DNA from: Botryllus schlosseri
Lineage: Eukaryota
DNA length: 64,000 bases
NCBI GenBank assembly: GCA_051294905.1
Contig: CM119372.1
Span: 20,772,001-20,836,000, forward strand
Direction: 5' to 3'
Made by a program: the position numbers and the translations under genes. Under the pieces are notes generated by a model. The model worked only from the letters and a program-made list of their open reading frames with translations. It searched no databases and had not been told where the DNA came from. The number at the start of each line of letters is the position of its first letter. Position 1 is the stretch's first letter. Below, in pieces: positions 38,608 to 52,190 of this stretch.

Positions 38608-38796
38608 GAAATTACTTGTCATTTTCGTGTAAGACTTTATATATCAGACCAACGTTGAAGCTACTGGAGAAACGACATCAAATTTATTTCTGCTTTTTAA
38701 TAAAATGTAGTTGCATTTCTTTTTATACACGGTATCATTACTTTGAATGCTTGTAAACAATTAGAGTTCTTTTTTCTGGAGCACATACAAGTTGAA

Positions 38797-38955
38797 GTTT
38801 GTTTGTTTGGTATTCATGGTGTTTGTCGACTATGATGGTCATTTACACAAGGCCGATATTCGGTATTTTTAATTCCGTAACTGCCGACTTGCAGCATGGT
38901 CCACTTGTATGCTTTTTGTTAGACACCGCTTATGCTGATGATATGGCAAGGAGGG
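38797..38955 (-). mobile_element. SINE 3' part (family of 1826-2104)
   Basis: gtttgtttggtattcatggtgtttgtcgacta..ctgccgacttgcagcatggtccac. Confidence 0.7.
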
Positions 38956-38967
38956 GCCTATATAGAT

Positions 38968-40906
38968 CAGCAGTTCACAACCTTTTTGGACAAGGGCATG
39001 CACCCCCTTTGGCGATGGTCAAAAATTGCGCCCCCTGATCCCTCTGCACTTATCGTCATGTGAAAGAGAGCACATCATCTAATACAGAGGTATGCAACCT
39101 TTTTGCTAATCACGGCCGCATTTCAGGGCATAGCCGTATAATGAACGAACTGGACGCAAAATCATCTGTTCATATCCATTTCCGGTGAACTCCGGAATAT
39201 TCTAATTTTTCATACCGGTCTATTGTACGCACCGAAATCGCGAGTGGCAATGTTATGAATAGTTGCTGGGATTGCATATTGTCGCGCGAAAGTTTTTCAG
39301 ATTCACGAATGAATTCCGTACTTAATAGTAGCAGTAGGCCTATCACATATTATCATTTATCCTTTCTCAGCCCATGTGATCAGATTCGCCGGTAGAGTTT
39401 ATGAAGGTAGTGCTTTCGAAGATTTAGGGCAAGTTATAAATGATAATGCATCTTCGGGTGGGCCAATTGTTATTTGTCACTTTTTTGCATGGTGTTATTT
39501 CTTGACCCCCCATCAGGATTGTCGATTGAATCAGTAGTGGAAATATATTGAAATCGCCCAAATGTACCATAAACAAAAATCTTTCGTGGGGAGCACACGA
39601 TTCCGATTCCGGCTCAGATTGAGAAGGGCGCTACTATTAGGGCTATACGTCCTCCTTTAGGAGGATTTGCCCTTCTTTTTCAGGTTTTTTGAAAATGTCC
39701 TCCGAGGACACCTAAATGTCCGTCTTTATGAGATTTTGTCCTCTTTTTTGAGAATTTTGGTCAAATTTACTGTCAAATTGGACTGCGATACCGTAAATTA
39801 GCACCGAAGTACGCTGCGGTGGGTGTTTTGGGAGCTGAGCCGGAAAGTTGACCTTTTTTATTTTATTTTTAACCAACCACTTGTATGTAAACGTAAAGTA
39901 AAAAATGTATTTTGGGCGTTGAGCGAGAAAGTTGACCTTTTTTTTTTTAGTCAACCGACCACGAAATGTGAAAAATTGACCATTAATTCAAGATTTTTTT
40001 CCGGAACTCTGAGTTGAAAATTTTGAAAAATTGTCCTCCTTTCCCGATTCCAAAACATGGTAACCCTAGTTACTATATTAAAATCGAAAAATGAAGAAAA
40101 GTTGAATTGCGCGGAGCGCGAAGAAAATTCAAGATGTGAATTCGTAATTTCAATATTTCAATTTGCATATCGACGGCCGCGAACACATACTAATTGAATT
40201 AGGTGTTGACGGCCGTACAATCCCTAGTATACATATATGGTATGTCTCACGGCAAGTTTGAATCCGCATTCCAGTGGTTGAGTCTTTAACATTTCTGACA
40301 AATTTCCCCAAACTTTTTGAAAAGAGCAAAAAACATTGAACAGGGCGTCAATTTATTTCAAGGTATAGGTTGCACTGAGACTTACCCTAATGCTGGTAGT
40401 GACTACAGAGAGCACGGCGTCGTTCTGTAATGCCATGCTAAATTTGATCAGTTTTGGAATTGAATTAAACTGTATTGATTTAGGGTAGCCTAATTGAGGG
40501 CGTAACCGGGCAGCCCATATTGCATCTAAGTCTGTCTTAGGCGCTGCAGTCCGCCAGCCATTAACAACAGCTACTCGGCGCACCGAATTTTAGGCTACTG
40601 CCAAAGCTATGAAGTAATAAATGACTTACACGTAGGAATTTCTCTAAATCTTCAAAGAATATAAAAAAAATGCTCAAATGAAGCTGAAATCAGCCTATAT
40701 ACTCCGTTGATCGCGACTGTTGGAGTTTGAATTTGGCAAGCTTTCTTGAATACGAAATAAGTTTCATTTTCAACAATCGTCTTCTCAGAATGGTTGTGAA
40801 ACGCATGTTCAGTCAGAATTCATACAGACGTTTGCCAATTTCTCACGCTCCCTGAGAGCCTCCCGCGCCCCCAATGTGAGCGCGCCACCCAGGTTGAGAA
40901 TCACTG
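38968..40906. mobile_element. Composite hAT-like element, copy A
   Basis: CAGCAGTTCACAACC/GGTTGAGAATCACTG; TSD ATATAGAT/CTATAGAT; colinear with 41515-42832. Confidence 0.85.
39638..40068. mobile_element. TAGGGTTACCAT-family MITE, nested
   Basis: TAGGG..GGTAACCCTA; TSD GCTACTAT/GTTACTAT. Confidence 0.8.
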
Positions 40907-41514
40907 CTATAGATATAACTCCAACACTTAGGTAGGAATTCTGGAGGAAAGTATTACCTCAAATCTTCAGTGGTGCTCGATCGTGACAAGGTTGGGTGCT
41001 GGGGCAAGGGTATACAATTTAGCTATTTTTGTCATAATGACGTATTCTGGCATGAAAATATGACGTCATTGTATTTTATGTGCTTTTCAGCCGGTATGCC
41101 GTGAGAGGTGCCTTGAGAGTATCCGTTGCTATACCGTCGCAGAGTCGGGATACTATGGCAAAAAGCTATCCATCGAAGCTGTATAATCAATGCAATCCAA
41201 AATACCCGATATTGAGAGAAAGTCCCGTAATTCTAATTGTCGCCTCTAATAAAGCGCAATTCATTGAATATAATTGCATCAATCACCCTAGCGAAGTGCT
41301 CTTCAACCTTTTTCGGCGTGGTATACCCTTTTTATCGTTAACTCAAAATCAGACGTGGTCAAAAAATACCTACTTGATCACCTCTTGTCGTTATACTAAC
41401 ACTGTTGCCCTACCTAGCCCAGACATTGCTTCATTGATCATTTGCTACCATCGTTTAACTTTTCTTCTATTTTCCTTTTTTAACTAACATTTTTTCCAGA
41501 CAGACTGTTTAGAG

Positions 41515-42832
41515 CAGCGGTTCTCAACCTTTTTTGACACGCGCCCCCCTTGGCGATGGTAAAAAAAAAACGCGCGCCCCCTGACCCCCCCCCTTATATT
41601 TATCGTCATGTCAAAAAGAGCACATCATCTAATACAGAGGTGGGCGACCTTGCTAATCATGGCCGCATTTCGATTACTTATGTAGCCTAAGGCCGCATTC
41701 CAGGCATAGCCGCAATGAACGATCTGGACGCAAAATACCTATATGGTAAACTGTCCATATATCTATTCCCGGTGTACTCCGGACTATTATACTTTTCACA
41801 ACAGCCTATTGTACGCACCGAAATCGCGACTGGCAATGTTATGAATAGTTGCTGGAAGTGCATATTGTCGCGCGGGGCGCGAAAATTTTTCAGGGCCGCG
41901 AATGAATTGTTATTTCTTGAGGATTCCCATTCCTGCTCCAAATAAAATCGAAAAATGAAGTCTTGTTGAATTGGGCGGAGCGCGAAGAAAATTTCAAGAT
42001 TAAATAAAATCTCTCGAAAATTCGGGAGTGAATTCGTAATTGCAATTTGCATTTCTACGGCTGCCAGCACATACTAATTGAATTAGGCGTCGACGGCCGC
42101 ACAAATTCCCTTCTACGTACTGGCTGCCCATACCCCTGATTTGATAGTATACATAAGGATCCTACTCCAGTTTTGAAACCGCATTCCAGTTGTTTAGTCT
42201 TCTACATTGCTGACAAACTTTCCCAAACTTGTTTGAAAAGAACAAAAAAAAACATTGAAAAGGACATCAATTAATTTCACGGTAGGTTGCACTGAGACTA
42301 ATCCTGATGCTGGTAGCGACTACAGAGAGCACGGCGTCGTTCTGTCCTGCCATGCTAAATTTGATCAGTTTTGGAAATGAATTAAATTGTGTTGATTTAT
42401 AGCAAATTAAGGGCAAAACCGGGCAACCTATATTGCATCTAAGTCTGTCTTAGGCAGTGCAGTTCGCCAGCTATCAACAACAGCTACCTAGCGCACAGAG
42501 ATTTAGGCTACTGCCATAGCTATAAAGTAATGAATGACTTGCACGTAGGAATTTCTCTAAATCTTCAAAGAATATCAAAAATTTGCTCAAATGAAGTTGA
42601 AGTCAGCCTATACTCCGTTGAGCGCGACTGCTGGAGTTTGAGTTTGGCAAGCTTTTTGGAATACGAATTAAGTTTAATCTTCAATAATCGTCTCTTCAGA
42701 ATGGTTATGAAATAAATGTTTAGTCACAATTTATACAGACATTGACAAAATTGACAAAAATTTCTCGCGCCCCCCCCTGAGAGCCTCCCGCGCCCCCAAG
42801 GGGGGGCGCGCCCCCTAGGTTGAGAACCCCTG
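41515..42832. mobile_element. Composite hAT-like element, copy B
   Basis: CAGCGGTTCTCAACC/GGTTGAGAACCCCTG; perfect TSD GTTTAGAG. Confidence 0.9.
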
Positions 42833-42840
42833 GTTTAGAG

Positions 42841-45780
42841 CAGTGGTCGGGAACCTACGGCTCTTTTGGGCATAAGATATGGCTCTTTGCGAATTTTTTA
42901 TTTTTGTGCCCAATTTTTCAATATTGCAGCAACGAGTTATTAAATCTTCAGCACGAGCAGTATAATTATACTTGTGGCAGTATAGAATGTATTTGAGGGG
43001 TTATTACAGTGACGTATTCAAGGTTAAGAGTTCGGACCCCCTTTTCAAAATCCTTAAATTGAAGTTGCTGTCGCGTCGGCGACCAATATCACTCGCAATA
43101 AATTCGATGTACCCGGTACGAAATCTTGAACTGCACGATGCATTCATTGACCAAAGAGACGAGGAGACATGGCGGCGCCTGTATCACAATGCAGTTTTCA
43201 AATATGCGTTGTCTTTCTGATCTGCGGCGAGAAATAAACTGCGATGGAAGTGACATTCACAATTACAAATTCAAATTACAAACAACGCCATAGCTATCCA
43301 CGTTCTTGATTGATAACGTAGCTTTGTAGAATGTAGACGCTGTAGGCGTGTTGCGCAAATGTTACCGCCGAACACGTCAGAATTAAGAAGCCGAATCGGT
43401 ATCAGTGAGACAATTACATTCGAATAATATCAGTCATTATACATTCAATGATATTTACGATGAATTGCCCTATCACAATGCGTTGTCCTCTGTTTCGAAC
43501 TTTATTTTCTGACAATAAATAGGCAATAAGTTACGTGATTTTGGTAGTAAAAATGTTTAAAATCTAGTAGACAGGTGAGGCACTGCGAGCCATATATAAC
43601 TCTTTCGAGTATAAATATGCTTCTTTGCCAAATATATATTGTTGTACTGAATTGATCAATATTGCAGCAACTTGCTAGAAAATTTTCATCACGGCCAGAA
43701 TAAATATTCTCGTGGCAATATACACATGGCTTTGAGAGGTAAATACTAGGGATGGTGTGAACCCCTGAAAGGTTCAGGTTCGTGTGAACGCAAACCTTTT
43801 TGAAAGGTTCTGTGTGAACGCGAACGTGAACCTCATGACGTCACGTGGCGTCATAATGCTAATTCGAACCCTATATTTCCGTGAAGTAGTACATCAACGT
43901 ACATACCTTAAGATATAGAGACGACTCAGGCTACATTATGAAAGCATTCGAGTGATATATAAGTACACACCGACATTTTCAGTATCCCTAAATATATCAA
44001 ATAAAATGATCAAATGCTATATTAATTCCATGAAACCGATATCTCCCGTCGCTTGGTCAACAATTCCGACAACGTCTTCGCAGGGGGATATATGTTTACG
44101 CCTTAACGATCTAGGTTAGACTGGACAATGTATTCTGAAGGCGTCAGACGATTGCGGCATAGATGTTGATCAGAGTGAAAAACCGGATTCTTCACTTGCT
44201 ACAGATATTGAAGTCCGGAAATTTATGCATGGGAACTTGCACAAGCTTGCACAAGCAAAACGTGCCTTATTCATACCAATTTTTTTGATGTAAATAATTG
44301 AGTGAGCACGATTCAACAAGTAGCTACATGTAGTGTATTTCGTTCTTGATTTTATGTAATTGCCGGCCACAACAGATAGTTACTAAATATTCAAAACGGA
44401 GAGCCGAATATCTTGAGCTAACTTTTGTAAGAAAACGAGTAAAATATTTGAAATTGGCAAGGTGCATGCTCGTTTAGTGCTGAGTTAATTTCCGTGCTGC
44501 CAGCTCCACACAGAGAGTGGCTCGAAGTTGAAATGGGAAGACTTTCAAGCAAAGCTGCTGAGGTGACGTACAAAATTGAAAGGTTCACAGTGCAGAACCT
44601 ACCAAGGTTCTGTTGTGAACGCGAACCTCTAAATTTCCGAGGTTCACACACAGAACGCGAACGTGAACCTCACGTTCACACCATCCCTAGTAAATACAAC
44701 GCCGTCTTCAGGTTTGGGGGCAGGAACCCCCTCTTTTCAAAATCATCAAATTTAAGTTACTGTCGCGCCGGCGACCAATATCACTCGCGAATTCGATGTA
44801 CCCGACTCGAAATCTTGGATTGCACAATACGTTGATTGATCAAAGAGATTAGCAGACATGGCGACGCCCATATGACAACGCAGTTTTCAAATACATATTA
44901 TCTTACTGATCTACGGCGCGAAATGAAATGCCGTGGACGTTAGATTCACAATTACAATACTCAAATTACAAAAAATGTAGTAGCTATCCATGTTTTTGAT
45001 TGGTAGGCCTAAGTAGCTCTGTACTACCGGCAATAAGACGTAGGCGTGCGGCGCAACGTTATGTGTAACTGCCGAATACTTTGAGGATTGAGAATTCGAT
45101 CAGTATTTAGATCTTCGGAATCACGGGGACAATTAGACTAGATTAATATCAGTTATAATAAATCATATAAGCTATTTACGATGAATTGTGTTATTATGGT
45201 CTGTGTCTGCGTCTGTGTCTACCTCACGTTTCGCGCTATATTTACGTACAATAAATATGTAAATTGTGTGATTTCGGGAGAAAAATGTTAAAAATCGTGT
45301 CATTCATGAACATCGATAGAAGATACCAAAAGTAATTGAAGGTTTCAAAATTTTCGTTCACTCATCCTGACGACAGGTGAGGTACTGCCTTACTTGCCCC
45401 CCCTAACCCGACGTCACTGATGTATCACAAATTTTAGATTGGTAGGCATATTACTGCAGTAGTGGCCATGTTTGGCTCCACCTACGCATGTGATCATGGG
45501 TTCTCGCATTTAAAAGGACAATCACGACGAATCTACGTTCTAGTAACTCATGTTTTGCATGCTTAAATAAGGTAACCAGTGTGATTAGAACGGGTTTTAA
45601 CAGAGAAAATGTGGCGCACCCGACGGATCCCATGTAGTTAGTTGAAATTATTGCTACCATGACATCACGAATTTTCAATTGTGACGTAACAGTCGATCCA
45701 CATGTATGGCTCTTTGGGAGTTAAAATGGAAAAAATAGGGCCAATATGGCTCTTCGGACAAAAAAGACTCCCGACCACTG
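42841..45780. mobile_element. hAT-like element with internal ~0.7-kb duplication and a nested insertion
   Basis: CAGTGGTCGGGA/TCCCGACCACTG; perfect TSD GTTTAGAG; ATGGCTCTT subterminal motifs. Confidence 0.88.
43747..44689. mobile_element. Family TAGGGATGGTGTGAAC, copy 3 (nested)
   Basis: Same TIRs; perfect TSD GTAAATAC. Confidence 0.92.
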
Positions 45781-45960
45781 GTTTAGAGTCAAGTGTACCT
45801 GGTTGATGCTGGTGTGACCAGACTAGATGACCTTCACGGTCTTATTGATCATTCTTATCTAATACCGAATACTGTGCATTGTGCATGCATGTTTTCTGTA
45901 CCACCATCACCGCCGTGTGTTATGGATTTTGGTTGTATGAAAATAAAGACTCTCTCTCTC
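45781..45960 (+). repeat. Retroposon-like 3' end (AATAAA + (TC)n tail), interrupted copy
   Basis: Near-identical to 50678-50870. Its 5' bases (CAGACTGTTTAGAG) lie at 41501-41514. Confidence 0.7.
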
Positions 45961-48206
45961 AGTAACGAAGTACTTCTACCTTTGGAAGTACTCAAGTAGA
46001 TTTCCTTTACTTCTGGTACTTACTCAAGTAGATCTGATTTTCTCTGCTTCTACTTCGTAATATTTTGTGATCTACTTACTTACTTTTCGCTATTTTCAGT
46101 TTGTCAAGTAGAAGTAGTTCAATTCCCAATACGAAAGATAGCCTGAGGAATTTCGGGGCTGTTTTCACGGAGTACCAACATTTAATATTTATAAAAGTCA
46201 AGTAAAGCCCAGAAATTTTGTTGCGCTTCGCGCACAGCAGTAATGTTGTGACATATATGTTTTCACGAAAGTATCAGTGAATATAATTTAGGTGCCGGAT
46301 TGCTTGGTTCCGCTCACACCGCATTGTTGCCCATATGAAATATTTCATCACAGTAAATATGGTCCACCAATCACCATAACGTTTGAAACGACCGTTTCGC
46401 CATCTAGCAATTACCTATATCATTTCGTAATCCAGCAGCCCATGACGTGTCCTGCTAATCTGAAAAAATCCGGATTTTCTAACGTTACACCTGTTTCAGC
46501 AGATCCCCTTTGAAGCTTTATGGACAAAAGACATGAAATATGTTTTCCGCTTTTTAAAAGTGGTATTTGTACTTCACTTTCAATTCCGAGTATCATACTT
46601 TGAGTTCTAATTACTTTCAGTTCCTTTGTCTGCAGAAAATACATGTTGATGCATAAAAACAAGTTTAGTAATGCCTCTATTTTCCGAAAACAAAGCTACA
46701 TTAAATATAACTTTTACGATCCAAAATATTTGTTATTAACGTCTACTAATCGCGCAAAGTGTTGTAACCGTATCAGATACAACTTCTCCGTATTGCTCTT
46801 CGCCTAAACTTGGGGCCTTATAATAAGGGGTAGGGCGCCATGCCACGATATTCTCTAAAACGGGGTCTTCTAGTAAAAGGGTTAGTATCGCATTTTCATA
46901 TCAATACTATAATTTGCATCCCATGATGCGAAAGAATGCTTATTCTGTCGAAAATTGATATTTCCTGGGATGCATCAATATGAATCAAGCACTCTGCAAC
47001 CTCCGCATAGCTCAATTTGCAGCTTTTGACAGTCGATGCGAACGAATTAAGAATTTTCAAAACTACTCACTTACTTGAGTAGTCAGTCAATTCTACTTCT
47101 ACTTCAAGTAGTTTTAGGTAGCTTATGGAAGAAGTACTTCTACTCGTACTTGATTAGATTTTTTTTTCGTTGCTACTTCTACTTCTACTTGAGTAGCTTT
47201 CTTGACTACTTTGACCACCTCTGCAGTCAGAACTCGTACACTCCTGACCGGTGACCACATAATACACCGATTCCGTAGTAAGTCGCATTTCGATTACACA
47301 TATAGGCCTATACTTACATAGCATACGACCGCATTCCAGCGGAGAGTCGTCATGACCCATCTGGACGACAAGTACTCATGTGAAATTCGTAAACTGGGAA
47401 CTTTGCACCGCGGAGAGCCCTTGTGGTATTCTGTGCCATCACTGATTTCTTGAGCTAAACCTTGCGTATCAAATTTTCTAATTGTGGAAGCAGATCATCC
47501 CGCAGGCTTACTATATTTTATGCACTAAAATCGCGAGTGTAAATGTCAGGAAAGTTACTGGGATGCGGTTTCTAGTCGTATGTTTGCTTCAATTGTCGAA
47601 ATCGCATCAGGAAGAGCGATAGTGAGGACGTCATTTTATCAAAAGGTAATCAGTAAAGAAGTATTTCAACTTTTCGAAGTAGGCTAGTTGAAGTAGATTT
47701 TGCCTACTCGCACCACTTTCTCAATTGGCTTACTTTTTTACTTAGCCTACTTGTAAATCGCTTGTAAATGCGTACAGGGACCAGAGTTGGATCAATTACA
47801 TTATTTCAGTTCAATTACAATTACAATTACAATTACTTTCATGAATGTTTCAATTACATTACAATTACAATTACTCCTTGCTAAAAATATCAAATTACAA
47901 TTACAATTACAATTACTCCTTGCATGCTTCAATTACATTACAATTACAATTACAATTGCTGCTGTCGAACATGTAATTTAATAATCATAAATTCAACCGT
48001 GCTCCTTGACAACCGTAGCGTCGTATTTAACAACAATTCAAGTCTAGTTCGGATTGTGCTGTAATAAATGCGTTTATGTGCGTACATAATATGCTATGTG
48101 AGATGTCATTGTGGCGTAATATAAGCGTGTTTTGAATGCTCGGTAATTATGGCTCACGTAATTGGAAATGTAAAATGTTATTTACGTAATTTTCTATGGG
48201 TTAGGA

Positions 48207-49045
48207 CAGGGGTCACCAACACGCGGCCCGCGAAGTCATATTTTGCGGCCGGCGACGTGATTGGAAAGCTAAGCTGAGAAACATTTTGAAATACTGAAAT
48301 TGACGCGCAATGGATCAAACACTGCCAAGACCAAGACGCTTAGAAAACGGCTTAGGAAGTGGTTCAGACACTGGGGTGCGCTCCCCCATTGTGGGGGCGT
48401 AAAAGCATCTGAAGGAACGCGGAGCTGTGGCCAACTGAAAATTTTTTCGCGCTCCGCGCGATTTACCTCGAATTCACAGTTATAGAAGTTGCTCTGTGTA
48501 TAATCAGGAATTCATATTATAGAATTCTCTCATAAACATTCATAACCTTCCATGCCATCCAACTATCCGTTGGGATTGTTTGCATTATGGGTGCATTTTG
48601 TGATATGACGATAAGGGGGGGGGGGAGGAATTTTTCAGTATCATAAAGGGGGCATGTCTAAAAAGGTTTTAAAACCATACTAGCTTAGGGCTTCACCACA
48701 AGATCAAGCTTTACGTGGAGATGGTCTTTCTGCTAGTAGGCCTACCGTATCTCGCTAGCCCCAAAAATCGTTTTCAGGTATCGTTCACAGCTCAGAGCTC
48801 AAAATAACATGAAATTGGTGACAGTGATCCTTTTTTGGATTTGTATTCCTTTAATTATAAAATATTACTTCTTCTGTGGTCACTATACCACACCCATCGC
48901 CTATGTTAGGTGGCACAAGCGTTGTACTGACGAAGAGTTTTAAAACGTGGTTGCCAACTTTATATCGATTTTGAATTCATGCGGCCCGCGGCTGCTACGA
49001 AATTTGAAAAGTGGCCCGCGACCCGTTTTGAGTTGGCGACCCCTG
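48207..49045. mobile_element. Nested hAT-like element
   Basis: CAGGGGTCACCAAC/GTTGGCGACCCCTG; perfect TSD GGTTAGGA; GGCCCGCG subterminal motifs. Confidence 0.88.
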
Positions 49046-50677
49046 GGTTAGGATTAAGGATAGGGTGCAGTATGTCGTTGACAAAGTATTATAATATATG
49101 CACGTGCGTTTACCCCAACGAAACACCAATAATTACGTTACTATTTGAAACTACAGACGGAGTGGGGGTTTATTTGGCAAAAATAACATCCATTAAAAAG
49201 TCACTTGACGAAATTTATCAACCCCCGTATATTAATCGATGTAGTCATCTGGTTTGTTTCGTCTAATTTACTTTCTGCACCCATTTCACTGCTCCACACC
49301 AGGTGTAAACTCGAGTAAACATATTTATTTAGGCGTATAGCACGCAGTGGGGTCCCTATGGGTCACGTTTCAACACTGTATTGGTGGGCACCCAAAAAGC
49401 CTTCATATGCGGTCATGTGACGTTGAAGGACTAACGAAATGGCACGTTAGCGCCTGTGTTTTCACAGATCATCGGCTTACCTATGAGTAAAAAGCGACAT
49501 TTATCGTATGGTGCGGTAAACGATCGGTTACGGTCCGGACTGAGATGTGGCAAACGCGTATTGTGTTGAACGCATCAAATTTGTCCCCCTGTCTATTCAT
49601 GACCACACTCGATGATAACAAAAATTCTAAGGCATGAAAGAACGTACGAACGAATATCGACGCTAACAAGAGAACGATCAGTCAATGTTCAACTTGGCAG
49701 TGACTTTCCGCGTTAGTAAGTTTACCATAAACCATGAGCTCGTGCAAATAGTCCAGGCGTCAATTTCTATATTCTACACATGAGCGAGTGATCACTATTA
49801 CGACGTTTGAAATTGGCTCTACAAACAGTGAGATAGACTGATGCTAACAAAGGTCTTGGAGGGTCAAGAACCACGACTGAGCAGATTGGGAGTATCCGAC
49901 TATATTGATCAGTCCGGAGCGTCTCTAATCTGTATTGTCTAACCACAGAGCCGTAATATAGACAATGCGGTAATACTGTATACTTCAAGGCTAGGCAAAA
50001 GTATATCTGTTCGACAGCAGATCGACGCAAATCGCACGCAAAATTAATATACGATCGACACCAACATGGTATACCATTTTACACACAGCGGATTGATTAC
50101 GCAGGTGGTGATCAGGTTTTGATCGATTTTTAATGAGGTCGGGCACAGGATAAAGTGGTTTGAGATTTAACTTGAATTTGCTTCACTGAAATACACAAAA
50201 CAATACAACGTTTTTAGGTATGTTGTGGACTTGGTTGAGTAATGGCGTTAAAAGACGCTACTGATTCGAGTACTCGGTACTTGTGCTATAAACCCAAGTC
50301 GTTGTTACTTACTCCTCAACCGTTTCAGGTGAAATTACTTACTCTTTGCATGTCGGACTTTAAAAGCAGAAAGTAGTTTTGCAATGAGTTTACCTCACTT
50401 TTACAAAGTTATAAATCAGACCTACACCAAAATCCTACATTTGAATAACGGAATTATGCGAAAACAGCAAGATAGACCCTACCCGCCTCTCGTAGGTCCT
50501 TATTTCGCGTTATTCACGGTCTTTTGGGGTATTTTAAGCTAAAACGGAAGATAAATTCACAAAAAGGAGTACATTTATGCGAGGATATTTTCCTGGAGGA
50601 GGACGTACGCCAACCCCATTAGTATGAGAATCGATGGGGACATCAAATATATCGCATTGCCGTCAACCTTTACAGCC

Positions 50678-50870
50678 AGACTGTTTAGAGTCAAGTGTAC
50701 CCGTTTGATGCTGGTGTGATCAGACTAGATGACCTTCACGGTCTTATCGATCATTCCTATCTAATACCGAATACTGTGCAAGCATATTTTCTGTACCACC
50801 ATCACTGCCGTGTGTTATGTATTTTGGTTGGATGAAAATAAAGACTCTCTCTTTCTCTCTCTCTTTCTCT
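50678..50870 (+). repeat. Retroposon-like 3' end, uninterrupted copy
   Basis: cagactgtttagagtcaagtgtacc..gaaaataaagactctctct. Confidence 0.7.
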
Positions 50871-52021
50871 TACTGAGTATACGAGTTTCTTCAGACAGCT
50901 GATAGGACCGACTTCGATCGCGTCACACTCGACTGATCACAGCTGTTTTGAGTACATCACACCGAAATTACAAGCATTCGTACGACAAGTGATGAGAGCC
51001 CGTAAGTGTGATCATGGTTTCCGTAGTAAAAACAGAGTGATTTTGTCGAATACCCCACCGTCAGACGGGTGTATCACTAACGAATACCCCTACCGTTTTA
51101 GACCTAGTGTAAAAGACCATAGCTCCCGATCATCATTTTACAATACTAACAAACCCTACCGAAAGAAATGGTACGTAACAGTATCTTGTGGTCGATTAGC
51201 TTTTTCATAAAAATATGAAATCTACATTAATACATACCGTTGGAGTCGTTGAGGGGGTAAATTTGGTATCGTTGTGGGGTAAGATTTTATTCATCCTCAA
51301 ATGATTACGTTCTTGTGGGGCTAAACACGATTGCACTAACAACACATGCACAGCCCACAAATAGGTCGCTACAAAGTTTCGCTGTACGCAGAACTATTAG
51401 GCCTTGTATGGAGGTGATCACGAGCCGGTCTTTCCAAATACCTACTCAAAAGCGGTGGACAGGCTTGGCGTAGACTCATGGTCACTTATACCCTATACTT
51501 TTACTCGAGGCAATCGCTGGGAATCAGACAGACGAACTCCGTTTTTGATTGTGGTATGTGGCGTGGAAAAAATACAGTACAATTACTGGGATTATATCAC
51601 ACCTCAAAAAGCTTTTCGTGTCTAAACTTGCCTCATGGGTCAGGCGAGGCGACTCACACAGATATTCTTAGTTTATCCTTGAGGGTTGTATAGATTACTG
51701 GTCAGCTGTATTTTTTATGGATGATTGACAACCGTTAGCTGTCGCTATTGCACAATTTACGTAAGTGTTATGCCAGGGTTGCACAACTTCTTCGGTCGGC
51801 GGGGGTGGATATAGCATAATGAAGTACTTGGACTCGACAGTTCTATGAAAACCTACTCTTTATAATTAGGATGAGAAGTAATTTCACGATATCAACATTT
51901 ATTTAAAACTACTTGTACTTGAGTACTTCAAAGCTACATTTTTTTACCTACATTTGAAGGAAATTTAGCATTTGTTGCAAATCGGTCCCCGCTATCTCGA
52001 TAACCTCGCCAGAACACGTTA

Positions 52022-52190
52022 TTGATTTTGTAGTATTCATGGTGTTTTCCGACTACTATGATCATTTACACCGGGTCAATATTCTTCATTATTTTTCGTA
52101 ACTACCGACTTATAGCACGGGCCACCTCTAGGCTTTTTGTAAGGCACTGCTGCTTGCGCGTATGAGGTGGCGTCGCGAGAATACGTAGTT
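52022..52190 (-). mobile_element. SINE 3' part (family of 1826-2104)
   Basis: gtattcatggtgttttccgactactatg..accgacttatagcacgggccacc. Confidence 0.65.
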
